This document shows, one piece after another, positions 14,341-30,783 of a stretch of DNA of 64,000 bases. Position 1 is the stretch's first letter. Every line of letters starts with the position of its first letter. This DNA is from Eledone cirrhosa. Lineage: Eukaryota. The notes under the pieces were generated by a model that made no database searches, had not been told where the DNA came from, and saw only the letters and a program-made list of their open reading frames with translations. The position numbers were made by a program, and so were the translations under genes. The stretch lies in assembly GCA_964016885.1 (NCBI GenBank), contig OZ024744.1:47802001-47866000 (forward strand), in the 5' to 3' direction.

Positions 14341-17300
14341 CTATCAAGAACAGAACACCAACCACATTAGACTATCAAGACCAGAACACCAACCACATTA
14401 GACTATCAAGACCAGAACACCAACCACATCACATTAGACTATCAAGACCAGAACACCAACCACATTAGACTATCAAGACCAGAACACCAACCACATCACA
14501 TTAGAATATCAAGACCAGAACACCAATCACATCACATTAGACTATCAAGACCTGAACACCAACCACATCACATTAGACTATCAACACCAGAACACCAACA
14601 ACATCACATTAGACTATCAAGACCAGAACACCAACCACATTAGACTATCAAGAACATAACACCAGCAACATTAGACTATCAAGACCATAACACCAACCAC
14701 ATTAGACTATCAAGAACAGAACACCAACCACATTAGACTATCAAGACCAGAACACCAACAACAATAGACTATCAAGACCAGAACACCAACCACATTAGAC
14801 TATCAAGAACAGAACACCAACCATATTAGACTATCAAGACCAGAACACCAACCACATTAGACTATCAAGAACAGAACACCAACCACATTAGACTATCAAG
14901 AACAGAACACCAACCACATTAGACTATCAAGACCAGAACAACAACCACATTAGACTATCAAGACCAGAACACCAACCACATCACATTAGACTATCAAGAC
15001 CAGAACACCAACCACATTAGACTATCAAGACCAGAACACCAACCACATCACATTAGACTATCAAGACCAGAACACCAACCACATCACATTAGACTATCAA
15101 GACCTGAACACCAACCTCATCACATTAGACTATCAAGACCAGAACACCAACAACATCACATTAGACTATCAAGACCAGAACACCAACCACATTAGACTAT
15201 CAAGAACAGAACACCAACAACATTAGACTATCAAGACCATAACACCAACCACATTAGACTATCAAGAACAGAACACCAACCACATTAGACTATCAAGACC
15301 AGAACACCAACAACAATAGACTATCAAGACCAGAACACCAACCACATTAGACTATCAAGAACAGAACACCAACCACATTAGACTATCAAGACCAGACCAC
15401 CAACCACATTAGACTATCAAGAACAGAATACCAACCACATTAGACTATCAAGAACAGAACACCAACCACATTAGACTATCAAGACCAGAACACCAACCAC
15501 ATCACATTAGCCTATCAAGAACAGAACACCAACCACATTAGACTATCAAGACCAGAACACCAACCACATTAGACTATCAAAACCAGAACACCAACCACAT
15601 CACATTAGACTATCAAGACCAGAACACCACCCACATTAGACTATCAAGACCAGAACACCAACCACATCACATTAGAATATCAAGACCAGAACACCAACCA
15701 TATCACATTAGACTATCAAGACCTGAACACCAACCACATCACATTAGACTATCAAGACCAGAACACCAACAACATCACATTAGACTAGCAAGACCAGAAC
15801 ACAAACCACATTAGACTATCAAGAACATAACACCAACAACATTAGACTATCAAGACCATAACACCCACCACATTAGACTATCTAGAACAGAATACCAACC
15901 ACATTAGACTATCAAGACCAGAACACCAACAACAATAGACTATCAAGACCAGAACACCAACCACATTAGACTATCAAGAACAGAACACCAACCACATTAG
16001 ACTATCAAGACCAGAACACCAACCACATTAGACTATCAAGACCAGAACACCAACCACATCACATTAGACTATCAAGACCAGAACACCAACCACATTAGAC
16101 TATCAAGACCAGAACACCAACCACATCACATTAGAATATCAAGACCAGAACACCAATCACATCACATTAGACTATCAAGACCTGAACACCAACCACATCA
16201 CATTAGACTATCAACACCAGAACACCAACAACATCACATTAGACTATCAAGACCAGAACACCAACCACATTAGACTATCAAGAACATAACACCAGCAACA
16301 TTAGACTATCAAGACCATAACACCAACCACATTAGACTATCAAGAACAGAACACCAACCACATTAGACTATCAAGACCAGAACACCAACAACAATAGACT
16401 ATCAAGACCAGAACACCAACCACATTAGACTATCAAGAACAGAACACCAACCATATTAGACTATCAAGACCAGAACACCAACCACATTAGACTATCAAGA
16501 ACAGAACACCAACCACATTAGACTATCAAGAACAGAACACCAACCACATTAGACTATCAAGACCAGAACAACAACCACATTAGACTATCAAGACCAGAAC
16601 ACCAACCACATCACATTAGACTATCAAGACCAGAACACCAACCACATTAGACTATCAAGACCAGAACACCAACCACATCACATTAGACTATCAAGACCAG
16701 AACACCAACCACATCACATTAGACTATCAAGACCTGAACACCAACCTCATCACATTAGACTATCAAGACCAGAACACCAACAACATCACATTAGACTATC
16801 AAGACCAGAACACCAACCACATTAGACTATCAAGAACAGAACACCAACAACATTAGACTATCAAGACCATAACACCAACCACATTAGACTATCAAGAACA
16901 GAACACCAACCACATTAGACTATCAAGACCAGAACACCAACAACAATAGACTATCAAGACCAGAACACCAACCACATTAGACTATCAAGAACAGAACACC
17001 AACCACATTAGACTATCAAGACCAGACCACCAACCACATTAGACTATCAAGAACAGAATACCAACCACATTAGACTATCAAGAACAGAACACCAACCACA
17101 TTAGACTATCAAGACCAGAACACCAACCACATCACATTAGCCTATCAAGAACAGAACACCAACCACATTAGACTATCAAGACCAGAACACCAACCACATT
17201 AGACTATCAAAACCAGAACACCAACCACATCACATTAGACTATCAAGACCAGAACACCACCCACATTAGACTATCAAGACCAGAACACCAACCACATCAC

Positions 17301-17671
17301 ATTAGAATATCAAGACCAGAACACCAACCATATCACATTAGACTATCAAGACCTGAACACCAACCACATCACATTAGACTATCAAGACCAGAACACCAAC
17401 AACATCACATTAGACTAGCAAGACCAGAACACAAACCACATTAGACTATCAAGAACATAACACCAACAACATTAGACTATCAAGACCATAACACCCACCA
17501 CATTAGACTATCTAGAACAGAATACCAACCACATTAGACTATCAAGACCAGAACACCAACAACAATAGACTATCAAGACCAGAACACCAACCACATTAGA
17601 CTATCAAGAACAGAACACCAACCACATTAGACTATCAAGACCAGAACACCAACCACATTAGACTATCAAGA
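14341..17671 (+). repeat. Tandem duplication with period 1,630 bp (first instance)
   Basis: Offsets of 1,630: CACCAATCAC 14521/16151, ACCAGCAACA 14661/16291, TAGACTAGCA 15781/17411, TCTAGA 15881/17511. Identity breaks at 14340/15970 and 16042/17672. Confidence 0.9.
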
Positions 17672-20600
17672 ACAGAACACCAACCACACTAGACTATCAA
17701 GAACAGAACACCAACCACATTAGTCTATCAAGACCAGAACACCAACCACATCACATTAGCCTATCAAGAACAGAACACCAACCACATTAGACTATCAAGA
17801 CCAGAACACCAACCACATTAGACTATCAAGACAAGAACACCAACCACATCACATTAGACTATCAAGACTAGAACACCAACCACATCAGATTAGACTATCC
17901 TGACCAGAACACCAACCACATTAGACTATCAAGAACAGAACTCCAACCACATTACACTATCAAGACCAGAACACCAACCACATCACATTAGACTATCAAG
18001 ACCAGAACACCAACCACATCACATTAGACTATCAAGACCAGAACACCAACCACATTAGACTATCATGACCAGAACACCAACCACATTAGACTATCAAGAC
18101 CATAACACCAACCACATCACATCAGACTATCAAGAGCAGAACACCAACCACATTAGACTATCAAGACCAGAACACCAACCACATTAGACTATCAAGACCA
18201 GAACACCAACCACATTAGACTATCAAGACCAGAACACCAACCACATTAGACTATCAAGACCAGAACACCAACCACATTAGACTATCAAGACCAGAACACC
18301 AACCACATTAGACTATCAAGACCAGAACACCAACCACATTAGACTATCAAGACCAGAACACCAACCACATTAGACTATCAAGACCAGAACACCAACCACA
18401 TCACATAAGACTATCAAGACCAGAACATAAACCACATCACATTAGACTATCAAGACCAGAACACCAACCACATCACATTAGACTATCAAGACCAGAACAC
18501 CAACCACATCACATTAGACTATCAAGACCTGAACACCAACCACATCACATTAGACTATCAAGACCAGAACACCAACAACATCACATTAGACTATCAAGAC
18601 CAGAACACCAACCACATTAGACTATCAAGAACAGAACACCAACAACATTAGACTATCAAGACCATAACACCAACCACATTAGACTATCAAGAACAGAACA
18701 CCAACCACATTAGACTATCAAGACCAGAACACCAACAACAATAGACTATCAAGACCAGAACACCAACCACATTAGACTATCAGGAACAGAACACCAACCA
18801 CATTAGACTATCAAGACCAGACCACCAACCACATTAGACTATCAAGAACAGAATACCAACCACATTAGACTATCAAGAACAGAACACCAACCACATTAGA
18901 CTATCAAGACCAGAACACCAACCACATCACATTAGCCTATCAAGAACAGAACACCAACCACATTAGACTATCAAGACCAGAACACCAACCACATTAGACT
19001 ATCAAAACCAGAACACCAACCACATCACATTAGACTAGCAAGACCAGAACACCACCCACATTAGACTATCAAGACCAGAACACCAACCACATCACATTAG
19101 AATATCAAGACCAGAACACCAACCATATCACATTAGACTATCAAGACCTGAACACCAACCACATCACATTAGACTATCAAGAACAGAACACCAACAACAT
19201 TAGACTATCAAGACCATAACACCCACCACATTAGACTATCTAGAACAGAATACCAACCACATTAGACTATCAAGACCAGAACACCAACAACAATAGACTA
19301 TCAAGACCAGAACACCAACCACATTAGACTATCAAGAACAGAACACCAACCACATTAGACTATCAAGACCAGAACACCAACCACATTAGACTATCAAGAA
19401 CAGAACACCAACCACACTAGACTATCAAGAACAGAACACCAACCACATTAGTCTATCAAGACCAGAACACCAACCACATCACATTAGCCTATCAAGAACA
19501 GAACACCAACCACATTAGACTATCAAGACCAGAACACCAACCACATTAGACTATCAAGACCAGAACACCAACCACATCAGATTAGACTATCCTGACCAGA
19601 ACACCAACCACATTAGACTATCAAGAACAGAACTCCAACCACATTACACTATCAAGACCAGAACACCAACCACATCACATTAGACTATCAAGACCAGAAC
19701 ACCAACCACATCACATTAGACTATCAAGACCAGAACACCAACCACATTAGACTATCATGACCAGAACACCAACCACATTAGACTATCAAGACCATAACAC
19801 CAACCACATCACATCAGACTATCAAGAGCAGAACACCAACCACATTAGACTATCAAGACCAGAACACCAACCACATTAGACTATCAAGACCAGAACACCA
19901 ACCACATTAGACTATCAAGACCAGAACACCAACCACATTAGACTATCAAGACCAGAACACCAACCACATTAGACTATCAAGACCAGAACACCAACCACAT
20001 TAGACTATCAAGACCAGAACACCAACCACATTAGACTATCAAGACCAGAACACCAACCACATTAGACTATCAAGACCAGAACACCAACCACATCACATAA
20101 GACTATCAAGACCAGAACATAAACCACATCACATTAGTCTATCAAGACCAGAACACCAACCACATCACATTAGACTATCAAGACCAGAACACCAACCACA
20201 TCACATTAGACTATCAAGACCTGAACACCAACCACATCACATTAGACTATCAAGACCAGAACACCAACAACATCACATTAGACTATCAAGACCAGAACAC
20301 CAACCACATTAGACTATCAAGAACAGAACACCAACAACATTAGACTATCAAGACCATAACACCAACCACATTAGACTATCAAGAACAGAACACCAACCAT
20401 ATTAGACTATCAAGACCAGAACACCAACAACAATAGACTATCAAGACCAGAACACCAACCACATTAGACTATCAAGAACAGAACACCAACCACATTAGAC
20501 TATCAAGACAAGAACACCAACCACATTAGAGTATCAAGAACAGAACACCAACCACATTAGACTATCAAGAACAGAACACCAACCACATTAGACTATCAAG

Positions 20601-23600
20601 ACCAGAACACCAACCACATCACATTAGCCTATCAAGAACAGAACACCAACCACATTAGACTATCAAGACCAGAACTCCAACCACATTAGACTATCAAAAC
20701 CAGAACACCAACCACATCACATTAGACTATCAAGACCAGAACACCAACCACATTAGACTATCAAGACCAGAACACCAACCACATCACATTAGAATATCCA
20801 GACCAGAACACCAACCATATCACATTAGACTATCAAGATCTGAACACCAACCACATCACATTAGAATATCAAGACCAGAACACCAACAACATCACATTAG
20901 ACTATCAAGACCAGAACACCAACCACATTAGACTATCAAGAACATAACACCAACAACATTAGACTATCAAGACCAGAACACCAACAACATTAGACTATCA
21001 AGACCAGAACACCAACCACATTAGACTATCAAGAACAGAACACCAACCACATTAGACTATCAAGAACAGAACACCAACCACATTAGACTATCAAGACCAG
21101 AACACCAACAACATCACATTAGCCTATCAAGAACAGAACACCAACCACATTAGACTATCAAGACCAGAACACCAACCACATTAGACTATCAAGACCAGAA
21201 CACCAACCACATCACATTAGACTATCAATACCAGAACACCAACCACATTAGACTATCAAGACCAGAACACCAACCACATCACATTAGAATATCAAGACCA
21301 GAACACCAACCACATCACATTAGACTATCAGGACCTGAACACCAACCACATCACATTAGACTATCAACACCAGAACACCAACAACATCACATTAGACTAT
21401 CAAGACCAGAACACCAACCACATTAGACTATCAAGAACATAACACCAGCAACATTAGACTGTCAAGACCATAACACCAACCACATTAGACTATCAAGAAC
21501 AGAACACCAACCACATTAGACTATCAAGACCAGAACACCAACCACATTAGACTATCAAGACCAGAACACCAACCACATCACATTAGACTATCAAGACCAG
21601 AACACCAACCACATCACATTAGACTATCAAGACCTGAACACCAACCACATCACATTAGACTATCAAGACCAGAACACCAACAACATCACATTAGACTATC
21701 AAGACCAGAACACCAACCACATTAGACTATCAAGAACAGAACACCAACAACATTAGTCTATCAAGACCATAACACCAACCACATTAGACTATCAAGAACA
21801 GAACACCAACCACATTAGACTATCAAGACCAGAACACCAACAACAATAGACTATCAAGACCAGAACACCAACCACATTAGAGTATCAAGAACAGAACACC
21901 AACCACATTAGACTATCAAGACCAGAACACCAACCACATTAGACTATCAAGAACAGAAAACCAACCACATTAGACTATCAAGAACAGAACACCAACCACA
22001 TTAGACTATCAAGACCAGAACACCAACCACATCACATTAGCCTATCAAGAACAGAACACCAACCACATTAGACTATCAAGACCAGAACACCAACCACATT
22101 AGACTATCAAAACCAGAACACCAACCACATCACATTAGACTATCAAGACCAGAACAGCACCCACATTAGACTATCAAGACCAGAACACCAACCACATCAC
22201 ATTAGAATATCAAGACCAGAACACCAACCATATCACATTAGACTATCAAGACCTGAACACCAACCACATCACATTAGACTATCAAGACCAGAACACCAAC
22301 AACATCACATTAGACTATCAAGACCAGAACACCAACCACATTAGACTATCAAGAACATAACACCAACAACATTAGACTATCAAGACCATAACACCAACCA
22401 CATTAGACTATCAAGAACAGAATACCAACCACATTAGACTATCAAGACCAGAACACCAACAACAAAAGACTATCAAGACCAGAACACCAACCACATTAGA
22501 CTATCAAGAACAGAACACCAACCACATTAGACTATCAAGACCAGAACACCAACCACATTAGACTATCAAGAACAGAACACCAACCACATTAGACTATCAA
22601 GAACAGAACACCAAACACATTAGACTATCAAGACCAGAACACCAACCACATCACATTAGCCTATCAAGAACAGAACACCAACCACATTAGACTATCAAGA
22701 CCAGAACACCAACCACATTAGACTATCAAGACAAGAACACCAACCACATCACATTAGACTATCAAGACCAGAACACCAACCACATTAGACTATCAAGACC
22801 AGAACACCAACCACATCACATTAGAATATCAAAACCAGAACACCAACCACATCACATTAGACTATCAAAACCTGAACACCAACCACATCACATTAGACTA
22901 TCAAGACCAGAACACCAACAACATCACATTAGACTATCAAGACCAGAACACCAACCACATTAGACTATCAAGAACAGAACACCAACAACATTAGACTATC
23001 AAGACCATAACACCAACCACATTAGACTATCAAGAACAGAACACCAACCACATTAGACTATCAAGACCAGAACACCAACAACATTAGACTATCAAGACCA
23101 GAACACCAACCACATTAGACTATCAAGGACAGAACACCAACCATATTAGACTATCAAGACCAGAACACCAACCACATTAGACTATCAAGAACAGAACACC
23201 AACCACATTAGACTATCAAGAACAGAACACCAACCACATTAGACTATCAAGACCAGAACACCAACAACAATAGACTATCAAGACCAGAACACCAACCACA
23301 TTAGACTATCAAGAACAGAACACCAACCATATTAGACTATCAAGACCAGAACACCAACCACATTAGACTATCAAGAACAGAACACCAACCACATTAGACT
23401 ATCAAGAACAGAACACCAACCACATTAGACTATCAAGACCAGAACAACAACCACATTAGACTATCAAGACCAGAACACCAACCACATCACATTAGACTAT
23501 CAAGACCAGAACACCAACCACATTAGACTATCAAGACCAGAACACCAACCACATCACATTAGACTATCAAGACCAGAACACCAACCACATCACATTAGAC

Positions 23601-26600
23601 TATCAAGACCTGAACACCAACCTCATCACATTAGACTATCAAGACCAGAACACCAACAACATCACATTAGACTATCAAGACCAGAACACCAACCACATTA
23701 GACTATCAAGAACAGAACACCAACAACATTAGACTATCAAGACCATAACACCAACCACATTAGACTATCAAGAACAGAACACCAACCACATTAGACTATC
23801 AAGACCAGAACACCAACAACAATAGACTATCAAGACCAGAACACCAACCACATTAGACTATCAAGAACAGAACACCAACCACATTAGACTATCAAGACCA
23901 GACCACCAACCACATTAGACTATCAAGAACAGAATACCAACCACATTAGACTATCAAGAACAGAACACCAACCACATTAGACTATCAAGACCAGAACACC
24001 AACCACATCACATTAGCCTATCAAGAACAGAACACCAACCACATTAGACTATCAAGACCAGAACACCAACCACATTAGACTATCAAAACCAGAACACCAA
24101 CCACATCACATTAGACTATCAAGACCAGAACACCACCCACATTAGACTATCAAGACCAGAACACCAACCACATCACATTAGAATATCAAGACCAGAACAC
24201 CAACCATATCACATTAGACTATCAAGACCTGAACACCAACCACATCACATTAGACTATCAAGACCAGAACACCAACAACATCACATTAGACTATCAAGAC
24301 CAGAACACAAACCACATTAGACTATCAAGAACATAACACCAACAACATTAGACTATCAAGACCATAACACCCACCACATTAGACTATCTAGAACAGAATA
24401 CCAACCACATTAGACTATCAAGACCAGAACACCAACAACAATAGACTATCAAGACCAGAACACCAACCACATTAGACTATCAAGAACAGAACACCAACCA
24501 CATTAGACTATCAAGACCAGAACACCAACCACATTAGACTATCAAGAACAGAACACCAACCACACTAGACTATCAAGAACAGAACACCAACCACATTAGT
24601 CTATCAAGACCAGAACACCAACCACATCACATTAGCCTATCAAGAACAGAACACCAACCACATTAGACTATCAAGACCAGAACACCAACCACATTAGACT
24701 ATCAAGACAAGAACACCAACCACATCACATTAGACTATCAAGACCAGAACACCAACCACATCAGATTAGACTATCCTGACCAGAACACCAACCACATTAG
24801 ACTATCAAGAACAGAACTCCAACCACATTACACTATCAAGACCAGAACACCAACCACATCACATTAGACTATCAAGACCAGAACACCAACCACATCACAT
24901 TAGACTATCAAGACCAGAACACCAACCACATTAGACTATCATGACCAGAACACCAACCACATTAGACTATCAAGACCATAACACCAACCACATCACATCA
25001 GACTATCAAGAGCAGAACACCAACCACATTAGACTATCAAGACCAGAACACCAACCACATTAGACTATCAAGACCAGAACACCAACCACATTAGACTATC
25101 AAGACCAGAACACCAACCACATTAGACTATCAAGACCATAACACCAACCACATCACATCAGACTATCAAGAGCAGAACACCAACCACATTAGACTATCAA
25201 GACCAGAACACCAACCACATTAGACTATCAAGACCAGAACACCAACCACATTAGACTATCAAGACCAGAACACCAACCACATTAGACTATCAAAACCAGA
25301 ACACCAACCACATCACATTAGACTATCAAGACCAGAACACCACCCACATTAGACTATCAAGACCAGAACACCAACCACATCACATTAGAATATCAAGACC
25401 AGAACACCAACCATATCACATTAGACTATCAAGACCTGAACACCAACCACATCACATTAGACTATCAAGACCAGAACACCAACAACATCACATTAGACTA
25501 TCAAGACCAGAACACAAACCACATTAGACTATCAAGAACATAACACCAACAACATTAGACTATCAAGACCATAACACCCACCACATTAGACTATCTAGAA
25601 CAGAATACCAACCACATTAGACTATCAAGACCAGAACACCAACAACAATAGACTATCAAGACCAGAACACCAACCACATTAGACTATCAAGAACAGAACA
25701 CCAACCACATTAGACTATCAAGACCAGAACACCAACCACATTAGACTATCAAGAACAGAACACCAACCACACTAGACTATCAAGAACAGAACACCAACCA
25801 CATTAGTCTATCAAGACCAGAACACCAACCACATCACATTAGCCTATCAAGAACAGAACACCAACCACATTAGACTATCAAGACCAGAACACCAACCACA
25901 TTAGACTATCAAGACAAGAACACCAACCACATCACATTAGACTATCAAGACCAGAACACCAACCACATCAGATTAGACTATCCTGACCAGAACACCAACC
26001 ACATTAGACTATCAAGAACAGAACTCCAACCACATTACACTATCAAGACCAGAACACCAACCACATCACATTAGACTATCAAGACCAGAACACCAACCAC
26101 ATCACATTAGACTATCAAGACCAGAACACCAACCACATTAGACTATCATGACCAGAACACCAACCACATTAGACTATCAAGACCATAACACCAACCACAT
26201 CACATCAGACTATCAAGAGCAGAACACCAACCACATTAGACTATCAAGACCAGAACACCAACCACATTAGACTATCAAGACCAGAACACCAACCACATTA
26301 GACTATCAAGACCAGAACACCAACCACATTAGACTATCAAGACCATAACACCAACCACATCACATCAGACTATCAAGAGCAGAACACCAACCACATTAGA
26401 CTATCAAGACCAGAACACCAACCACATTAGACTATCAAGACCAGAACACCAACCACATTAGACTATCAAGACCAGAACACCAACCACATTAGACTATCAA
26501 GACCAGAACACCAACCACATTAGACTATCAAGACCAGAACACCAACCACATTAGACTATCAAGACCAGAACACCAACCACATTAGACTATCAAGACCAGA

Positions 26601-27452
26601 ACACCAACCACATCACATAAGACTATCAAGACCAGAACATAAACCACATCACATTAGACTATCAAGACCAGAACACCAACCACATCACATTAGACTATCA
26701 AGACCAGAACACCAACCACATCACATTAGACTATCAAGACCTGAACACCAACCACATCACATTAGACTATCAAGACCAGAACACCAACAACATCACATTA
26801 GACTATCAAGACCAGAACACCAACCACATTAGACTATCAAGAACAGAACACCAACAACATTAGACTATCAAGACCATAACACCAACCACATTAGACTATC
26901 AAGAACAGAACACCAACCACATTAGACTATCAAGACCAGAACACCAACCACAATAGGCTATCAAGACCAGAACACCAACCACATTAGACTATCAATAACA
27001 GAACACCAACCACATTAGACTATCAAGACAAGAACACCAACCACATTAGACTATCAAAACCAGAACACCAACCACATCACATTAGACTATCAAGACCAGA
27101 ACACCAACCACATTAGACTATCAAGACCAGAACACCAACCACATCACATTAGAATATCCAGACCAGAACACCAACCATATCACATTAGACTATCAAGACC
27201 TGAACACCAACAACATCACATTAGACTATCAAGACAAGAACACCAACAACATCACATTAGACTATCAAGACCAGAACACCAACCACATTAGACTATCAAG
27301 AACATAACACCAACAACATTAGACTATCAAGAACATAACACCAACCACATTAGACTATCAAGAACAGAACACCAACCACATTAGACTATCAAGAACAGAA
27401 TACCAACCACATTAGACTATCAAGACCAGAACACCAACAACATCACATTAGC

Positions 27453-30400
27453 CTATCAAGAACAGAACACCAACCACATTAGACTATCAAGACCAGAACA
27501 CCAACCACATTAGACTATCAAGACCAGAACACCAACCACATCACATTAGACTATCAAGACCAGAACACCAACCACATTAGACTATCAAGACCAGAACACC
27601 AACCACATCACATTAGAATATCAAGACCAGAACACCAATCACATCACATTAGACTATCAAGACCTGAACACCAACCACATCACATTAGACTATCAACACC
27701 AGAACACCAACAACATCACATTAGACTATCAAGACCAGAACACCAACCACATTAGACTATCAAGAACATAACACCAGCAACATTAGACTATCAAGACCAT
27801 AACACCAACCACATTAGACTATCAAGAACAGAACACCAACCACATTAGACTATCAAGACCAGAACACCAACAACAATAGACTATCAAGACCAGAACACCA
27901 ACCACATTAGACTATCAAGAACAGAACACCAACCATATTAGACTATCAAGACCAGAACACCAACCACATTAGACTATCAAGAACAGAACACCAACCACAT
28001 TAGACTATCAAGAACAGAACACCAACCACATTAGACTATCAAGACCAGAACAACAACCACATTAGACTATCAAGACCAGAACACCAACCACATCACATTA
28101 GACTATCAAGACCAGAACACCAACCACATTAGACTATCAAGACCAGAACACCAACCACATCACATTAGACTATCAAGACCAGAACACCAACCACATCACA
28201 TTAGACTATCAAGACCTGAACACCAACCTCATCACATTAGACTATCAAGACCAGAACACCAACAACATCACATTAGACTATCAAGACCAGAACACCAACC
28301 ACATTAGACTATCAAGAACAGAACACCAACAACATTAGACTATCAAGACCATAACACCAACCACATTAGACTATCAAGAACAGAACACCAACCACATTAG
28401 ACTATCAAGACCAGAACACCAACAACAATAGACTATCAAGACCAGAACACCAACCACATTAGACTATCAAGAACAGAACACCAACCACATTAGACTATCA
28501 AGACCAGACCACCAACCACATTAGACTATCAAGAACAGAATACCAACCACATTAGACTATCAAGAACAGAACACCAACCACATTAGACTATCAAGACCAG
28601 AACACCAACCACATCACATTAGCCTATCAAGAACAGAACACCAACCACATTAGACTATCAAGACCAGAACACCAACCACATTAGACTATCAAAACCAGAA
28701 CACCAACCACATCACATTAGACTATCAAGACCAGAACACCACCCACATTAGACTATCAAGACCAGAACACCAACCACATCACATTAGAATATCAAGACCA
28801 GAACACCAACCATATCACATTAGACTATCAAGACCTGAACACCAACCACATCACATTAGACTATCAAGACCAGAACACCAACAACATCACATTAGACTAG
28901 CAAGACCAGAACACAAACCACATTAGACTATCAAGAACATAACACCAACAACATTAGACTATCAAGACCATAACACCCACCACATTAGACTATCTAGAAC
29001 AGAATACCAACCACATTAGACTATCAAGACCAGAACACCAACAACAATAGACTATCAAGACCAGAACACCAACCACATTAGACTATCAAGAACAGAACAC
29101 CAACCACATTAGACTATCAAGACCAGAACACCAACCACATTAGACTATCAAGACCAGAACACCAACCACATCACATTAGACTATCAAGACCAGAACACCA
29201 ACCACATTAGACTATCAAGACCAGAACACCAACCACATCACATTAGAATATCAAGACCAGAACACCAATCACATCACATTAGACTATCAAGACCTGAACA
29301 CCAACCACATCACATTAGACTATCAACACCAGAACACCAACAACATCACATTAGACTATCAAGACCAGAACACCAACCACATTAGACTATCAAGAACATA
29401 ACACCAGCAACATTAGACTATCAAGACCATAACACCAACCACATTAGACTATCAAGAACAGAACACCAACCACATTAGACTATCAAGACCAGAACACCAA
29501 CAACAATAGACTATCAAGACCAGAACACCAACCACATTAGACTATCAAGAACAGAACACCAACCATATTAGACTATCAAGACCAGAACACCAACCACATT
29601 AGACTATCAAGAACAGAACACCAACCACATTAGACTATCAAGAACAGAACACCAACCACATTAGACTATCAAGACCAGAACAACAACCACATTAGACTAT
29701 CAAGACCAGAACACCAACCACATCACATTAGACTATCAAGACCAGAACACCAACCACATTAGACTATCAAGACCAGAACACCAACCACATCACATTAGAC
29801 TATCAAGACCAGAACACCAACCACATCACATTAGACTATCAAGACCTGAACACCAACCTCATCACATTAGACTATCAAGACCAGAACACCAACAACATCA
29901 CATTAGACTATCAAGACCAGAACACCAACCACATTAGACTATCAAGAACAGAACACCAACAACATTAGACTATCAAGACCATAACACCAACCACATTAGA
30001 CTATCAAGAACAGAACACCAACCACATTAGACTATCAAGACCAGAACACCAACAACAATAGACTATCAAGACCAGAACACCAACCACATTAGACTATCAA
30101 GAACAGAACACCAACCACATTAGACTATCAAGACCAGACCACCAACCACATTAGACTATCAAGAACAGAATACCAACCACATTAGACTATCAAGAACAGA
30201 ACACCAACCACATTAGACTATCAAGACCAGAACACCAACCACATCACATTAGCCTATCAAGAACAGAACACCAACCACATTAGACTATCAAGACCAGAAC
30301 ACCAACCACATTAGACTATCAAAACCAGAACACCAACCACATCACATTAGACTATCAAGACCAGAACACCACCCACATTAGACTATCAAGACCAGAACAC

Positions 30401-30783
30401 CAACCACATCACATTAGAATATCAAGACCAGAACACCAACCATATCACATTAGACTATCAAGACCTGAACACCAACCACATCACATTAGACTATCAAGAC
30501 CAGAACACCAACAACATCACATTAGACTAGCAAGACCAGAACACAAACCACATTAGACTATCAAGAACATAACACCAACAACATTAGACTATCAAGACCA
30601 TAACACCCACCACATTAGACTATCTAGAACAGAATACCAACCACATTAGACTATCAAGACCAGAACACCAACAACAATAGACTATCAAGACCAGAACACC
30701 AACCACATTAGACTATCAAGAACAGAACACCAACCACATTAGACTATCAAGACCAGAACACCAACCACATTAGACTATCAAGA
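27453..30783 (+). repeat. Tandem duplication with period 1,630 bp (second instance, carried by the 13,112-bp duplication)
   Basis: TAGACTAGCA 28893/30523 and TCTAGA 28993/30623. Boundaries are inferred by adding 13,112 to the first instance. Confidence 0.88.

Noticed and set aside
24085-26498. Independent 1,207-bp tandem duplication
   Set aside because: It is more simply explained as the junction by-product of the 13,112-bp duplication acting on an earlier 11,905-bp offset (13,112 - 11,905 = 1,207), since both long copies share derived variants absent at 38.4-42 kb.
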